Assembly (NCBI GenBank): GCA_963836075.1
Contig: CAWIIB010000009.1
Coordinates: 2,368,001 to 2,432,000, forward strand
Length of the DNA: 64,000 bases
Reading direction: 5' to 3'
DNA from: an uncultured Acidobacteriota bacterium
GTDB lineage: Bacteria; Acidobacteriota; JAQAZP01
A program made the position numbers and the translations under genes. Position 1 is the stretch's first letter; the number at the start of each line of letters is the position of its first letter. The notes under the pieces are model-generated. The model did no database searches, was not told the origin of the DNA, and worked only from the letters and a program-made list of their open reading frames with translations. Of the stretch, positions 21,201-29,900 are shown in pieces.

Positions 21201-21508
21201 CGTTTTGCGTTTTCAGTGGCTGCGTTGTCGGTGTCTCCACTGTCCTTGTCCGGCGGCAGCCAGTCCTCGTCATCTCCGGATGCCTCCAGCAGCTCGCGCG
21301 CCCGGGCCTCGGCCTTGATGTAATACCCGTCCGCGATTAAATTCCGGACTTCCTCGACGTGGCTTTCCTCCACCGGAACGGGCTTTGTGCAGGAGAGAGG
21401 TGCCAGCAAGGCAAGCAGGAATAGCACAAACACGGCAAACGAATGTTGGCCCAGGCGGCCGGGGCCGTCCAGATGAGAGAGCAATGGCGATTTCAGGGGC
21501 ACGGGCAC
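18203..21508 (-). CDS. TPR-repeat CHAT-domain (caspase/HetF-like, clan CD) protease with an N-terminal hydrophobic anchor
   Basis: Kinesin-light-chain-type TPRs (LGAEHPVVA, LDPLHPDTA, LGPDHLMVA). Intact dyad motifs IHLATHG and VLSACGTGLG, plus SLWPVDD and HPFHWAAF. Confidence 0.93.
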   Translation of the reverse strand: MPVPLKSPLLSHLDGPGRLGQHSFAVFVLFLLALLAPLSCTKPVPVEESHVEEVRNLIADGYYIKAEARARELLEASGDDEDWLPPDKDSGDTDNAATENAKRHALARAEMMSLLSGALRRINRHDDPETLDLARRSLERKIELLGAEHPVVASGYFELGRLHFFRNEIDEACTAFEHALGIQECTLDPLHPDTAMTLIMLGGVRDDQDGGITEALEYLARAARIQDSTLPADHPDVAERLNMEGAVQQRRNFTKAQRLCARALAMRQRVLRPGHPLIANSHRSLGILLEIIGDYSGARQHLERSLAIFVENLGPDHLMVASSLMSLAGYFSRIGDLEESRRLYESALEIQQASQDREHRSTLHTQIMLANVLYDLGKHDEARLHFEHALAVAEQESYQPKTDLCYFLCCYGDFLRKTGRFEEAAAVIGRATEIARANYGEDHLQTLFPLHIMARLHCSTGNYAEARDLLNRISDLHQQAEDHDHVLMLETLNDLGRAQAALGENDRALETALQAEQFSREHLLLTSRTLEAQLALRYAASGTDGLHLATAIAARCARQRLPGLERAFDAVIHWRALVLDELVARNRAARDSADPEMEALLTELRLACEELSGLTVCGGQDSAGEPTSNDLRQARERKASAERKLAEASAAFRKEQESLKLGLVEVREALPEDSALVAYFRYEDSICVDPGEAPLPSYLAFVISSDSDDVHAVPLGTNEEIDGLVDRWRNALRGILPIRLPGQPNEGDHRTAGLALRQKIWDPLTAHLAKAKRIFIVPDASLHLVSFAALPDDDGGYLLEQGPPIHYLTAERDLCPSRHDSREGSGILVFGAPDFGDAPPDTAVPDNGSDSPADSGFLDVRYASLGFSPLPQSVQEAEEVASLWPDRGSEAVACLTGALATEAAFKTQAPGCRMIHLATHGYFFDPRPFAAGGGKGEGTRAVTGLPETRVSVSSPGANPLLRAGLALANANTRGASATGDEDGILTAEEIAALDLTGVQLAVLSACGTGLGTVQAGEGVFGLRRAFRLAGVNTVVMSLWPVDDEATRFWMEAFYRSRLYGNRDMAQAVREASLSLLENRREKGLSDHPFHWAAFVAAGDWR

Positions 21509-21564
21509 CTCGTCTCAGAAAGCATCTATTGTTTTTACGATAAAGATTTAATTACGTTTTGATA

Positions 21565-21593
21565 AATATGTGGAGAAAGGGGGAAAAAGTCAA
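21565..21593 (-). promoter_or_regulatory. Putative sigma70 promoter for the CHAT-orphan-rSAM module
   Basis: Minus-strand TTGACT-N17-CATATT in an AT-rich gap about 60 nt upstream of the CHAT start. Confidence 0.45.
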
Positions 21594-21659
21594 GGGGAAG
21601 GGCTGCTCCCTTTGTTTCCAGTAATATCCGTATACAACAGGTGACTTCAGATCAATGCT

Positions 21660-21788
21660 TCAGACCTTGCCCTCGTTGACCAGCCGGGCGAAGTGGCTGA
21701 ACGAGCGGTCCCATGAGGCTTCGGCATCATCGGGAACGACGCAGGCCGGCCTGGTGAAGGCGTCGATCTGGAACATCTTCAGCTTCAC
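21660..21788 (-). pseudogene. 42-aa remnant: PhzF-family N-terminus fused to an unrelated C-terminus
   Basis: MKLKMFQIDAFTRPACVVP resembles the PhzF start (QIDAFT...GNPACVVP) with the middle missing. The GTG overlaps the upstream stop. Confidence 0.6.
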
Positions 21789-22306
21789 GGTTTCTTTCCT
21801 CCCGTGGCCACGGCCACTCCGGACAGGCGGGTCCAGGTCCAGCCGCGCGATTCGGTCTTGCCGTTCACAGCACCTGAAATGGTGACGGTGAGCGTGTCTG
21901 ATGCAGTCAGCTGGTAGGTGATCCGCTGGGGGAAGTCGTGGGCCTTGTTTTCGAACACCGCCCTGCTCCCCGAGCACTCCACCAGCTTGAAAGAGGTGGC
22001 ATCCCCGCCCCTGGGAGAGGCGCGGTAGAACACGCCCTCGGCGGTCTGCTCCAGGCGCAGGTATTCGAAAAAGGCTTTGCCGGATTCGCTCATATCCCGA
22101 TTCAGTCCCAGCATCAGGCCCCCGGCCGGGGGCAGCCATAATTCTTCGGTGACCCGGCCTTCGGATCCGCCATGCCAGTGGCCGGCCAGCCAGACCAACT
22201 GGTCCAGAGTCGGTGTTTCGATGATCGGGGGCGTTGTATCCGCGTGGACCGGTGATGAAAGGAGCAGCAATATGGCGGTGACGAAAAGCAGAGTCAGATT
22301 TCTCAT
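21785..22306 (-). CDS. Exported DUF6265-like protein
   Basis: Signal peptide; LVWLAGHW, EELW, FFEYLRL and FENKAHDFPQRITY motifs. Confidence 0.8.
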   Translation of the reverse strand: MRNLTLLFVTAILLLLSSPVHADTTPPIIETPTLDQLVWLAGHWHGGSEGRVTEELWLPPAGGLMLGLNRDMSESGKAFFEYLRLEQTAEGVFYRASPRGGDATSFKLVECSGSRAVFENKAHDFPQRITYQLTASDTLTVTISGAVNGKTESRGWTWTRLSGVAVATGGKKP

Positions 22307-22403
22307 GTCCACCTCGGGCGCGATTCTGATGTCCGGCTCAGTGCTTAGAACAGTATACACGCGTCAGCGGGGTGGACGGGGCCGCAGGCGGTGGGGGGAA
22401 GAA

Positions 22404-22432
22404 GAAAACGGGGGCCGCCGGGCGGCCCCCGT
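22404..22432 (-). terminator. Rho-independent terminator downstream of the 22485..24107 gene
   Basis: Minus-strand stem ACGGGGGCCGC/GCGGCCCCCGT followed by TTTCTTC. Confidence 0.75.
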
Positions 22433-22484
22433 CAAAGTTATCGAATGTCAGCACCCTGGCAGGGTGCTGACGGAAAGCGATCGC

Positions 22485-24107
22485 TTAGGGGCAGATCGTG
22501 GTGACACCGCAGGTGGCGGTCTCGATCCAGCCGGCCGCGTCAAGTCCTGCATCTTCGCAATAGGTGCAGTCGGTGGCTTCGACGTCGAAGACCAGGGTGC
22601 AGTTACAGGTCGGCGGCAATGCCGGGATGTACTGGCCCCAGCCGATGAACGTGGTCTCACCGGCCATGAGCACCATGTTGCCCGCACGGAGGTTGGAGAT
22701 GTGCGCACCACTGCAGGTGGTCACACCGACATTACCGCAGATCTGACGGGCGGAGTCGAAGGTGCTGGTGACGTAGACGCGGAGCTGGGTCTGCGCGGGC
22801 ACGATAAACGGCTCCGTGTCGCAGGTCATGCTCACGTCGAAGGTGTCCACCGGGGTGGCCGGGGTGACCACCACGTCGAGGTCGAAATCACCCTCGGAAA
22901 GGGCACCGCTCGAATAGTAGGAGTCGGCCATGATGTAGTAGTAGCCGGCACAGTTGAAGGTCAGCGTCGCGGTTTCCGGGTCACCGGTGAGGCCGGCGTC
23001 GGCACCGCCGACACAACTGCCCACCGGGTCATAGCAGTCGCTGATGACGTAGAGGGCCGGATCCCAGTCGGTGGTCGGCGTCAGGGTCAGGTCGAGGGTG
23101 TCGCCATCGTTGGCATAGAACGAGTAGACGGCTTCCGGGCCGCTGGTGGCGTAATCGATGCAGTCCGCGGTGACGTCGACGAAGTTCCTCGCGCAGACGG
23201 TGGTGCCGCTGAAGGTGCCGCCGGTCCCCACGTTGATCGCCTGCCAGCACTCGTCGTTGGGCACCAGGCCGTTGAGGTAGACGTTGAGGTTGTAGCCGCC
23301 CCCGCCGCCTTCACCGTGGAAGTCGACGTAGATATACATCGTGGTGGCATCGCCGGCGGTGGTGGTGTAGCAGAAATACTCACTGCTCCACGTGCCCCAG
23401 TCGTCGGCGCCGGCAACGGCGGTCACCGGCCCGTCGGTGCACTCGTTGCTCAGGGCGATGGTGATGTCCTGCTCGGTCCACGGATAGGCATTGACGCAGA
23501 CCTCGTAGCCCGGGCACGGGATCTCGAGGGCATAGACGTGGTCGTTGCCCTCCAGCGGATAGGCCCAGAGGTTGTAGCTGGGGAAGGTGTTGCTGCAGTT
23601 GGTGGTGTCACCGGAGTTGTAGCTGTCGGTGAGCAGCTGGGCGCTGGCGCAGTCATCGGGGCCGACGCAGACAGGCAGATCCGAGAAGTCGAAGTCGATG
23701 GTGTCCCAGGTGGCGTCGGGCAGGCCGTCGGCACCGTCATCGTAGGATTCGTAGAAGTCGAAGGTCCAGACACCGGCCGGGTCGCCGCCGGCCAGGGTGG
23801 AGTCGGTCCCGGTAAAGGCTGCGCCGGGAGCATAGGTGGTGCCGCTGCCCAGGGTCAGGAAGGCCGTACCCAGGGGGCCGGAGATGTCGCACCGCAGCTC
23901 GGAGCCGTAGGTGCCGCTGTTGATCGTGGAGGCGAAACCGTCCCAGTCAAGGGAGGACATGGTGAAACCACCGGTGACGGTGGCGGTATAACTGACAAGG
24001 CCGGAGGTGGCCTGGCTGTCAACAGCGGTGAAGGATACCACTTCAGCGCCGGCGCCGACGGATACCGTCAGCATGATCGCGCAAAGACAAGCAAGTAACT
24101 TACTCAT
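22485..24107 (-). CDS. Secreted acidic Cys-rich protein: two PPC-like repeats plus a conserved C-terminal domain
   Basis: Signal peptide MSKLLACLCAIMLTVSVGAGA. Internal repeats start GPDDCASA and PNDECWQA. The C-terminal ~120 aa resembles that of the neighbouring gene. Confidence 0.85.
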   Translation of the reverse strand: MSKLLACLCAIMLTVSVGAGAEVVSFTAVDSQATSGLVSYTATVTGGFTMSSLDWDGFASTINSGTYGSELRCDISGPLGTAFLTLGSGTTYAPGAAFTGTDSTLAGGDPAGVWTFDFYESYDDGADGLPDATWDTIDFDFSDLPVCVGPDDCASAQLLTDSYNSGDTTNCSNTFPSYNLWAYPLEGNDHVYALEIPCPGYEVCVNAYPWTEQDITIALSNECTDGPVTAVAGADDWGTWSSEYFCYTTTAGDATTMYIYVDFHGEGGGGGYNLNVYLNGLVPNDECWQAINVGTGGTFSGTTVCARNFVDVTADCIDYATSGPEAVYSFYANDGDTLDLTLTPTTDWDPALYVISDCYDPVGSCVGGADAGLTGDPETATLTFNCAGYYYIMADSYYSSGALSEGDFDLDVVVTPATPVDTFDVSMTCDTEPFIVPAQTQLRVYVTSTFDSARQICGNVGVTTCSGAHISNLRAGNMVLMAGETTFIGWGQYIPALPPTCNCTLVFDVEATDCTYCEDAGLDAAGWIETATCGVTTICP

Positions 24108-24202
24108 TGCTTTCTCCATTCGAAAAGTGAAACAGAACGTTACAGAAACAACTCGAAAGTCCCTCTCTCATCGGCCTCGTCAGAGGCCGAAACGACGAGC
24201 GG

Positions 24203-26173
24203 TTAAAAGTCGCAGCTGGTGGTGATGATACAGCTGTCCTCCATCTCACTCTCGGTGGCCAGGTCGGTGCCCACGAGGGTCCAGACCAGGTCGCAGTTAC
24301 AGGTGGAGTTGTAGCGGGGGATGTTCATCATCCAGGACTGGGTGAATGTCTCACCGCCCTGGAGATTCGTGGTGCCCCGGCGAATGTTGTTGATGGTGTT
24401 GCCGTAGCAGAGCGTCACGTTCAGCGCACCCTGGACCTGCATCAGGTCGTTGGTGTTGTTCACCGCGGAAACGTCGAAACCACCCATGTCGGGCAGGGTC
24501 AGGGTCGGCGTTGTGCAGTCGATGTTCACCTCGAAGGGGAAGAACTGGCTGATCTCCATCTCGGTGAAGATCAGACCCATGGCATCCATTCCGCCGTCGT
24601 CCAGCGTCATGTAGAAGCTCGTCAGGCCGGTGTAGTCATAGATCCCCACCGCGTCCATGATGTCGAGCGATTCCAGGGTTTCACCCTCATACCCCACTTC
24701 GAAATGGGTCCCGAACGGTCCGAAGATCCCGGGCTCGTCCAGGGGCAGGGCGGGCCAGGGCCAGTCCACGTTGTTGTCGGCGACAAAGAAGCCGTCGGAG
24801 ACCGGGTCGTTGTTGCGCAGCACGAAGTAAGGGGTATTCCCTGCGGGATAGGGATCCAGCAGGCCGACAGAGGCCGATCCGATGGTCATCGAGTACGACG
24901 CCAGGTCGATCCAGTAGCCGCGCGTGTTATAGGTTGTGCTGTCCGTGAACTGGTCCGAGATGACCTGGAACTTGATGGTCACAGGGTCGCCGGCGGTGAC
25001 GTCGGCGAACAGGCCGTCGTTCACCTGGTTGTACTCCACTTCACCGGTGACCACCACGTCGAAGGTGTAGACCGGGGGCACGATCTTGACCAGCCAGCCC
25101 ACGTACTCATAGGTGTCCGTGGTGTAGCCCTGGCCGCCGATGGCGTAGCCGTCGGCGGAAATGGTCAGACAGGAAGTCAACACGATGTTGTCCGGGATCT
25201 CAACTTCCTGTTCGGCGAGGTAATCAGTGATACGCACCATGCCGCCAGCCTCGGTCCAGACGATCGGCTCCTGGATACCCCACGGTCCGGTGGCGCCGCT
25301 CCAGCCGACCACGATGCCGGTATCGGACACGGCCATGCCCATGCTGCGGTCGTTCCAGGGGTCCGAGCCGGGCAGGATGCCCATGTCGACATAACCCCCA
25401 TCGTCGGAATAGAGGAAGCCGATGGACCAGCCATACCCGGGATCGTCATTGAAGCCCACGGCGCCGGTGATCAGCGAACCGTCGGAGGAGGCGCCGTTGG
25501 CCTCGCCCCAGGTGTCGGCGCCGAGGAACAGGTCGAAAGCGCCGCCGTCCACCCAGCGAACCGGGCGGCGGTTGCCAAAGTTCTCATCCTCCCAGAAGCC
25601 CACCACGGTGGAACCGTCGGCCGAGACGGCCGAGGCGCGGGAGGAACCGAAATCCGGACTCGGACGGCCCAGGTCGACGATGCCGCCGGCCTCGGTCCAG
25701 GTGAAGCCGGAGGCCTTGTAGCCGGGGTGCCAGGCCAGGCCGACCACCATGGAGCCGTCGCCGGAGATGTCGTAGCCGGAACCGAAGGTCCAGTCAGTGC
25801 CGTCGGTGTACGGGGGATCCACGTAGAGGGTGTCGAGTTCTTCCCAGCCCATGCCCTCAGTCCAGCGGGCCGGACCGAAAACGCGGGGGTCCGTGTCGCC
25901 GTATTGGACGGAGGAAGCGATCTGGGTGCCGTCGTCGGAGATCCCGATGGTGTGCGTCCACTGCCACTCGGAGGGCGACAGCAACTCGATACCGGTGGCC
26001 TCACTCCAGCGGAAGGCCTGGCCGTTATCGGTGCCCGCGGCCCAGGTGCCGTCAGGCGTCACGTCAAAGACAGCGGTGCTGGAGCCTTGGCTCACCACGT
26101 GGAATGATCCGCCGGCCATGGCCATGCCGGCAGACAGGAACAGAGTGAGAAGACAAGTTACGAAAATACGCAT
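24203..26173 (-). CDS. Secreted protein with HAF-like extracellular repeats plus a conserved C-terminal domain
   Basis: Signal peptide MRIFVTCLL...AMA. Repeats of the form (I/V)SxDGSxVVG and (A/G)FxWTExGGxxxLG. Shares its C-terminal domain with the neighbour. Confidence 0.85.
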   Translation of the reverse strand: MRIFVTCLLTLFLSAGMAMAGGSFHVVSQGSSTAVFDVTPDGTWAAGTDNGQAFRWSEATGIELLSPSEWQWTHTIGISDDGTQIASSVQYGDTDPRVFGPARWTEGMGWEELDTLYVDPPYTDGTDWTFGSGYDISGDGSMVVGLAWHPGYKASGFTWTEAGGIVDLGRPSPDFGSSRASAVSADGSTVVGFWEDENFGNRRPVRWVDGGAFDLFLGADTWGEANGASSDGSLITGAVGFNDDPGYGWSIGFLYSDDGGYVDMGILPGSDPWNDRSMGMAVSDTGIVVGWSGATGPWGIQEPIVWTEAGGMVRITDYLAEQEVEIPDNIVLTSCLTISADGYAIGGQGYTTDTYEYVGWLVKIVPPVYTFDVVVTGEVEYNQVNDGLFADVTAGDPVTIKFQVISDQFTDSTTYNTRGYWIDLASYSMTIGSASVGLLDPYPAGNTPYFVLRNNDPVSDGFFVADNNVDWPWPALPLDEPGIFGPFGTHFEVGYEGETLESLDIMDAVGIYDYTGLTSFYMTLDDGGMDAMGLIFTEMEISQFFPFEVNIDCTTPTLTLPDMGGFDVSAVNNTNDLMQVQGALNVTLCYGNTINNIRRGTTNLQGGETFTQSWMMNIPRYNSTCNCDLVWTLVGTDLATESEMEDSCIITTSCDF

Positions 26174-26276
26174 TTCAATACTCCTTTTTGCAATGCGCGG
26201 GAAACCGCCCATCGGCCTCCCTGATTCACCTACACAACCGGCGGGTGGACAGCGGAATTGCAGCCACCCGCCCCCG

Positions 26277-26660
26277 CTACGGATTCCGGGGCGTCGGGGC
26301 GCCCCCTTCCAGACTTTTCTTCGAGCCCGTGGAGCGTCCCGTCCCCCGGATCCGCTCCAGCGATTCCAGGCCGTCGGTGCGGCTCACCGTGTGGAACCGG
26401 ATCTCCGGCTTCCGGCTGGAGATCTCCATCAGGGCCAGAACTTTCCAGAACAGCTCGGAACGGATGTGACGCTCGAGGTCTTCCTCCGTCCCCCAGGCCA
26501 CCATCAGCGAGAGCAGCCCCTCGGACCTGACATCCGCGAGGATGCGGCAGGTCTGACAGCCGGGCTGCGCCTCCAGCGGTCCGGCCACCTGGCGCATGGC
26601 GCCGAGAGCCTTGACCCACTGGCTGGCGGTGACATCGATGTCGAGCATCATGAGAACCAT
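26277..26660 (-). CDS. ABM-domain (putative quinol monooxygenase-like) protein
   Basis: QPGC, W...EDLERHIRSELF and PEIRF motifs. Confidence 0.75.
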   Translation of the reverse strand: MVLMMLDIDVTASQWVKALGAMRQVAGPLEAQPGCQTCRILADVRSEGLLSLMVAWGTEEDLERHIRSELFWKVLALMEISSRKPEIRFHTVSRTDGLESLERIRGTGRSTGSKKSLEGGAPTPRNP

Positions 26661-26824
26661 CTGTTCTGAAGCTCCCACTTGTCATTCGTGTTGAAATGTA
26701 AAATATCGGCTGAGGTACCATCCTGACGTTCACCAGGTTCCAGCGGATCACCGCTGATCCCGGTGTCAGAATTTATCGTGGAGTAGAGTCTACTGATTCC
26801 CGGGGCCTGTCCGCTCACCTGCAG

Positions 26825-26854
26825 GTCGCAATTGTTGACCTCCATGTCGCAATT
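26825..26854 (-). promoter_or_regulatory. Tandem 9-bp direct repeat at 21-bp spacing, putative AraC-type operator
   Basis: GTCGCAATT at 26825-26833 and 26846-26854. A minus-strand TAGACT (-10-like) lies at 26787-26792. Confidence 0.5.
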
Positions 26855-26955
26855 TGACTTTTTTCAAATATTTAGGCCGTCAAGAAGGCACCGTTCCGTG
26901 TTTGGGGACGAAATTCGACTTGGATGGCGGACAATCCGGCGGGGGGGGGGAAGTC

Positions 26956-29900
26956 CTATGCTTCGGGTGTCGAATCGGAAGCGGGATCCGGGTTCCCGTC
27001 CGGATACGATGAGGGTGTGATACCGAACTGCTCGCGGAAGCAGCGTGTGAAATGACTGAGGCCCTTGAATCCGACGGAATAGGCCACCTCGGTTACATTT
27101 CCGTAACGGCCCCTGAGCAGTTCGGCGGCACGGTGCAGCCGGTGGGAACGGATGAACTCCCTTGGGCCCAGGTCGGTCAACGCCTTCAATTTCCGGTGGA
27201 GCTGGCCGCGGCTCAGGCCGACCTCCCGGGCGTAGGCCGCCACCGACAGGTCATCTTCGAGGTGTTCGTCGATGATCTCACGGCAGCGCTCCAGGAACCG
27301 GTCGTCCATGGATGTTACGGGCAGGGGGTCGGGATCGAGAGATTTGACCCGGTCGGCATATCGTTCCTGCAGCTGGCGGCGCAAGGCGGTCAGGTTCGCG
27401 ATACGGGCCATCAGCTCCCGGGAATCGAACGGCTTGGCGAGGTAGTCGTCGGCACCGTGCTCCAGACCGGTCAACCGGTTCTCGATGCCGACTTTGGCCG
27501 TCAGCAGGATCACCGGGACGTGACTGGTGCGCCAGTCGGTCTTCAGACGGCGGCAGAGTTCGAGGCCGTCCATCACCGGCATCATCACATCGGAAATCAC
27601 CAGGTCGGGAATCTCCGCCAGCGCCAGTTGCAGAGCCTCCTCACCGTTCACAGCGGTGAGCACGTTGTAGGAAGAGCCCAGCGACTGGGCCAGGTACTGG
27701 CGCAGGTCTTGATTGTCTTCCGCCACCAGCAGTTGCTGCCGGCCGGAGGAGGCGGCCTCCTCTTCCTCAGTAGTCGTTTCCGCGGCAGGAGTGGCGGCGT
27801 CGGCGGGTTGGCAGGGCTCGCCAGCCTTCCTTGACGGCGGTTCCAGGAACAGCGGCAGCTCCACGGTGAAACAGGTGCCCCGCTCGGAATCACTGCTCAG
27901 GTGGACAGACCCCTCCAGCAAACTCACCAGTTCTTTGACCAGGGCGAGACCCAAACCGGAACCGCCCGCCCGCCCGCCTCCGGCCAACTGCTGGAAACGG
28001 TCGAAGACCAGCTCGTGCTCGGCGGGCGGGATGTAGGAACCCGTGTTGGCCACCGAGAGGCAGAGCCCCCGCGAGAATCCTTCGGTGCGTAAATATGCAG
28101 AACCCGGGTCAACGGGTATTGGATGGGATCGCGGTGTTGCCGCCACCGTGGAATTGACCACGATCCGGCCGCCGGGCGGCGTGTGCTTGACCGCGTTGGT
28201 CACCAGGTTCACAGTCACCTTCTCCAGCAGGTCGGCATCGAACCACAAGACTGCCGGGTCCTCGGGGATCCGCACCTGCAGGTCGATACCGCCTTCGCTT
28301 GCCAGGGGCTCGAAACCGGTGATCAGGGTCCGCAGGAACGCGGTCACGTCGTTGCAGCCCCAGTGCAGGGGCAGGCGACCGGCCTCCAGGCGCGAGAGGT
28401 CGAGGAGCTGGTCGATGAGCTGCCCCAGACGATCGGCATTGCGGCTCATCATCGCAAAGAGTTCGGCGTTCCCGGAGTCGGGGGCCTCACGCAGCCGCTG
28501 CAGCGGGGTGCGCAGCAGGGTGAGCGGTGTGCGAAACTCGTGGGACACATTGGAGAAGAACCGCTTTCGCAACCGGTCGAGGTCCTGCCACTGCCGGGCT
28601 TCGACCCGCTCCACTTCCAGTGCCGTGCGGATTCGCATGCGCTGGATGATCTGCCGGTAGACCAGGGCCACGAACCCCAGGGCCAGCAGCATGTAGACCA
28701 GTCTTGCCCCGGCGGACTGCCACCAGGGAGGCAGGATTCGGATGTCGAGACGGGTCTCTTCCTCGTTCCACAGCCCGTCGGCATTGCTCCCTCGCACACG
28801 AAAGGTGTAGCGGCCGGGCGAGAGGCTGGTGTAGATTGCACGCCGGTCCTGGCCGGGGTCGCGCCAGTCGTCGTCCACCCCATCGAGGCGGAAACGATAG
28901 CGGTTGCGCTCGGGGCGGGCAAAGTGGAGCGTGGCAAAATTAAGGGTTATGTCGTTTTGATCGTGCGCCAGCGTGATGCCGTCCTTCAGTTCTATGGCCC
29001 GGTCAAGCGGTGAACCCGGCCCCGGCCTGACCTCCCGGTCAGCGATGCGGAGTGCGGTGATCACCACCGGGGGCACGAAATCGGACCGGCGGAAAGTGGT
29101 CGGATCGAAGGAGACCAGGCCGCCGCGGCCGCCGAAGTAGATGGTGCCGTCGTGGCCGCGGGCATATCCGAAGTGCACCTTGTTTGTGGGCAGGCCATCC
29201 CTGGAGTCGAAGCTGCGGAGCTCCCGGGTTTGCGGGTCGTAGCGGGCGAAACCACGATCCGTGGACATCCAGAGCATGCCGTTTTCGTCGGCCAGCAGGG
29301 AGCCGACCTGGTCATGGGGCAGACCGTCGGGCCCGCTGATCGCCTCCACCACCCGCCCGTCCTGATCGAGGCGCAGCAGCCCGGCAAAGGTGCCCATCCA
29401 GAGATTGCCCTCCAGGTCCTCTGCGGCGCACATGGGGGAGGCCAGACCTCTGTCGGGATCGAAGCAAATGACAAGGCTGTCCGTCTGCTTGTCGTGGAAG
29501 GCCAGGCCACGTGTATCGAAGAGAATCCACATCCGTCCCCGGCGATCGCGATAGATCCCGATCACGTTCCTGCTTGGTGAGTTGGCCGCCACACCTTCCC
29601 GCACCGTGTAGGTCCGCAGCCGGGACGTTTCCGGCTCCCACACACTCAGCCCGTCCGATGTGCTCCCCACCCAGATATGGCCGGCCTCGTCGATGGCCAG
29701 GGCCCGGACATTGGTCCGATACGCCGGGTCGCCGGGTTTCGAGAGGCCGGGCACGCGCTCTGGGGTCGTCTTCCCTCTGGGCAGTGTCCAGAGGCCCTGG
29801 TCTGTGCCGATCCAGATCGATCCCTGGCGGTCCTCGCAGATGGCGAGGACCTTGGTCGGCGGTGAGACCTCATCGGCGGGGAAGGGGTGGTGCCGGAATT

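Noticed and set aside
26941-26950. G10 tract as a phase-variable switch
   Set aside because: It lies just after a stop codon and away from the predicted promoter elements, and homopolymer length is unreliable in this assembly.
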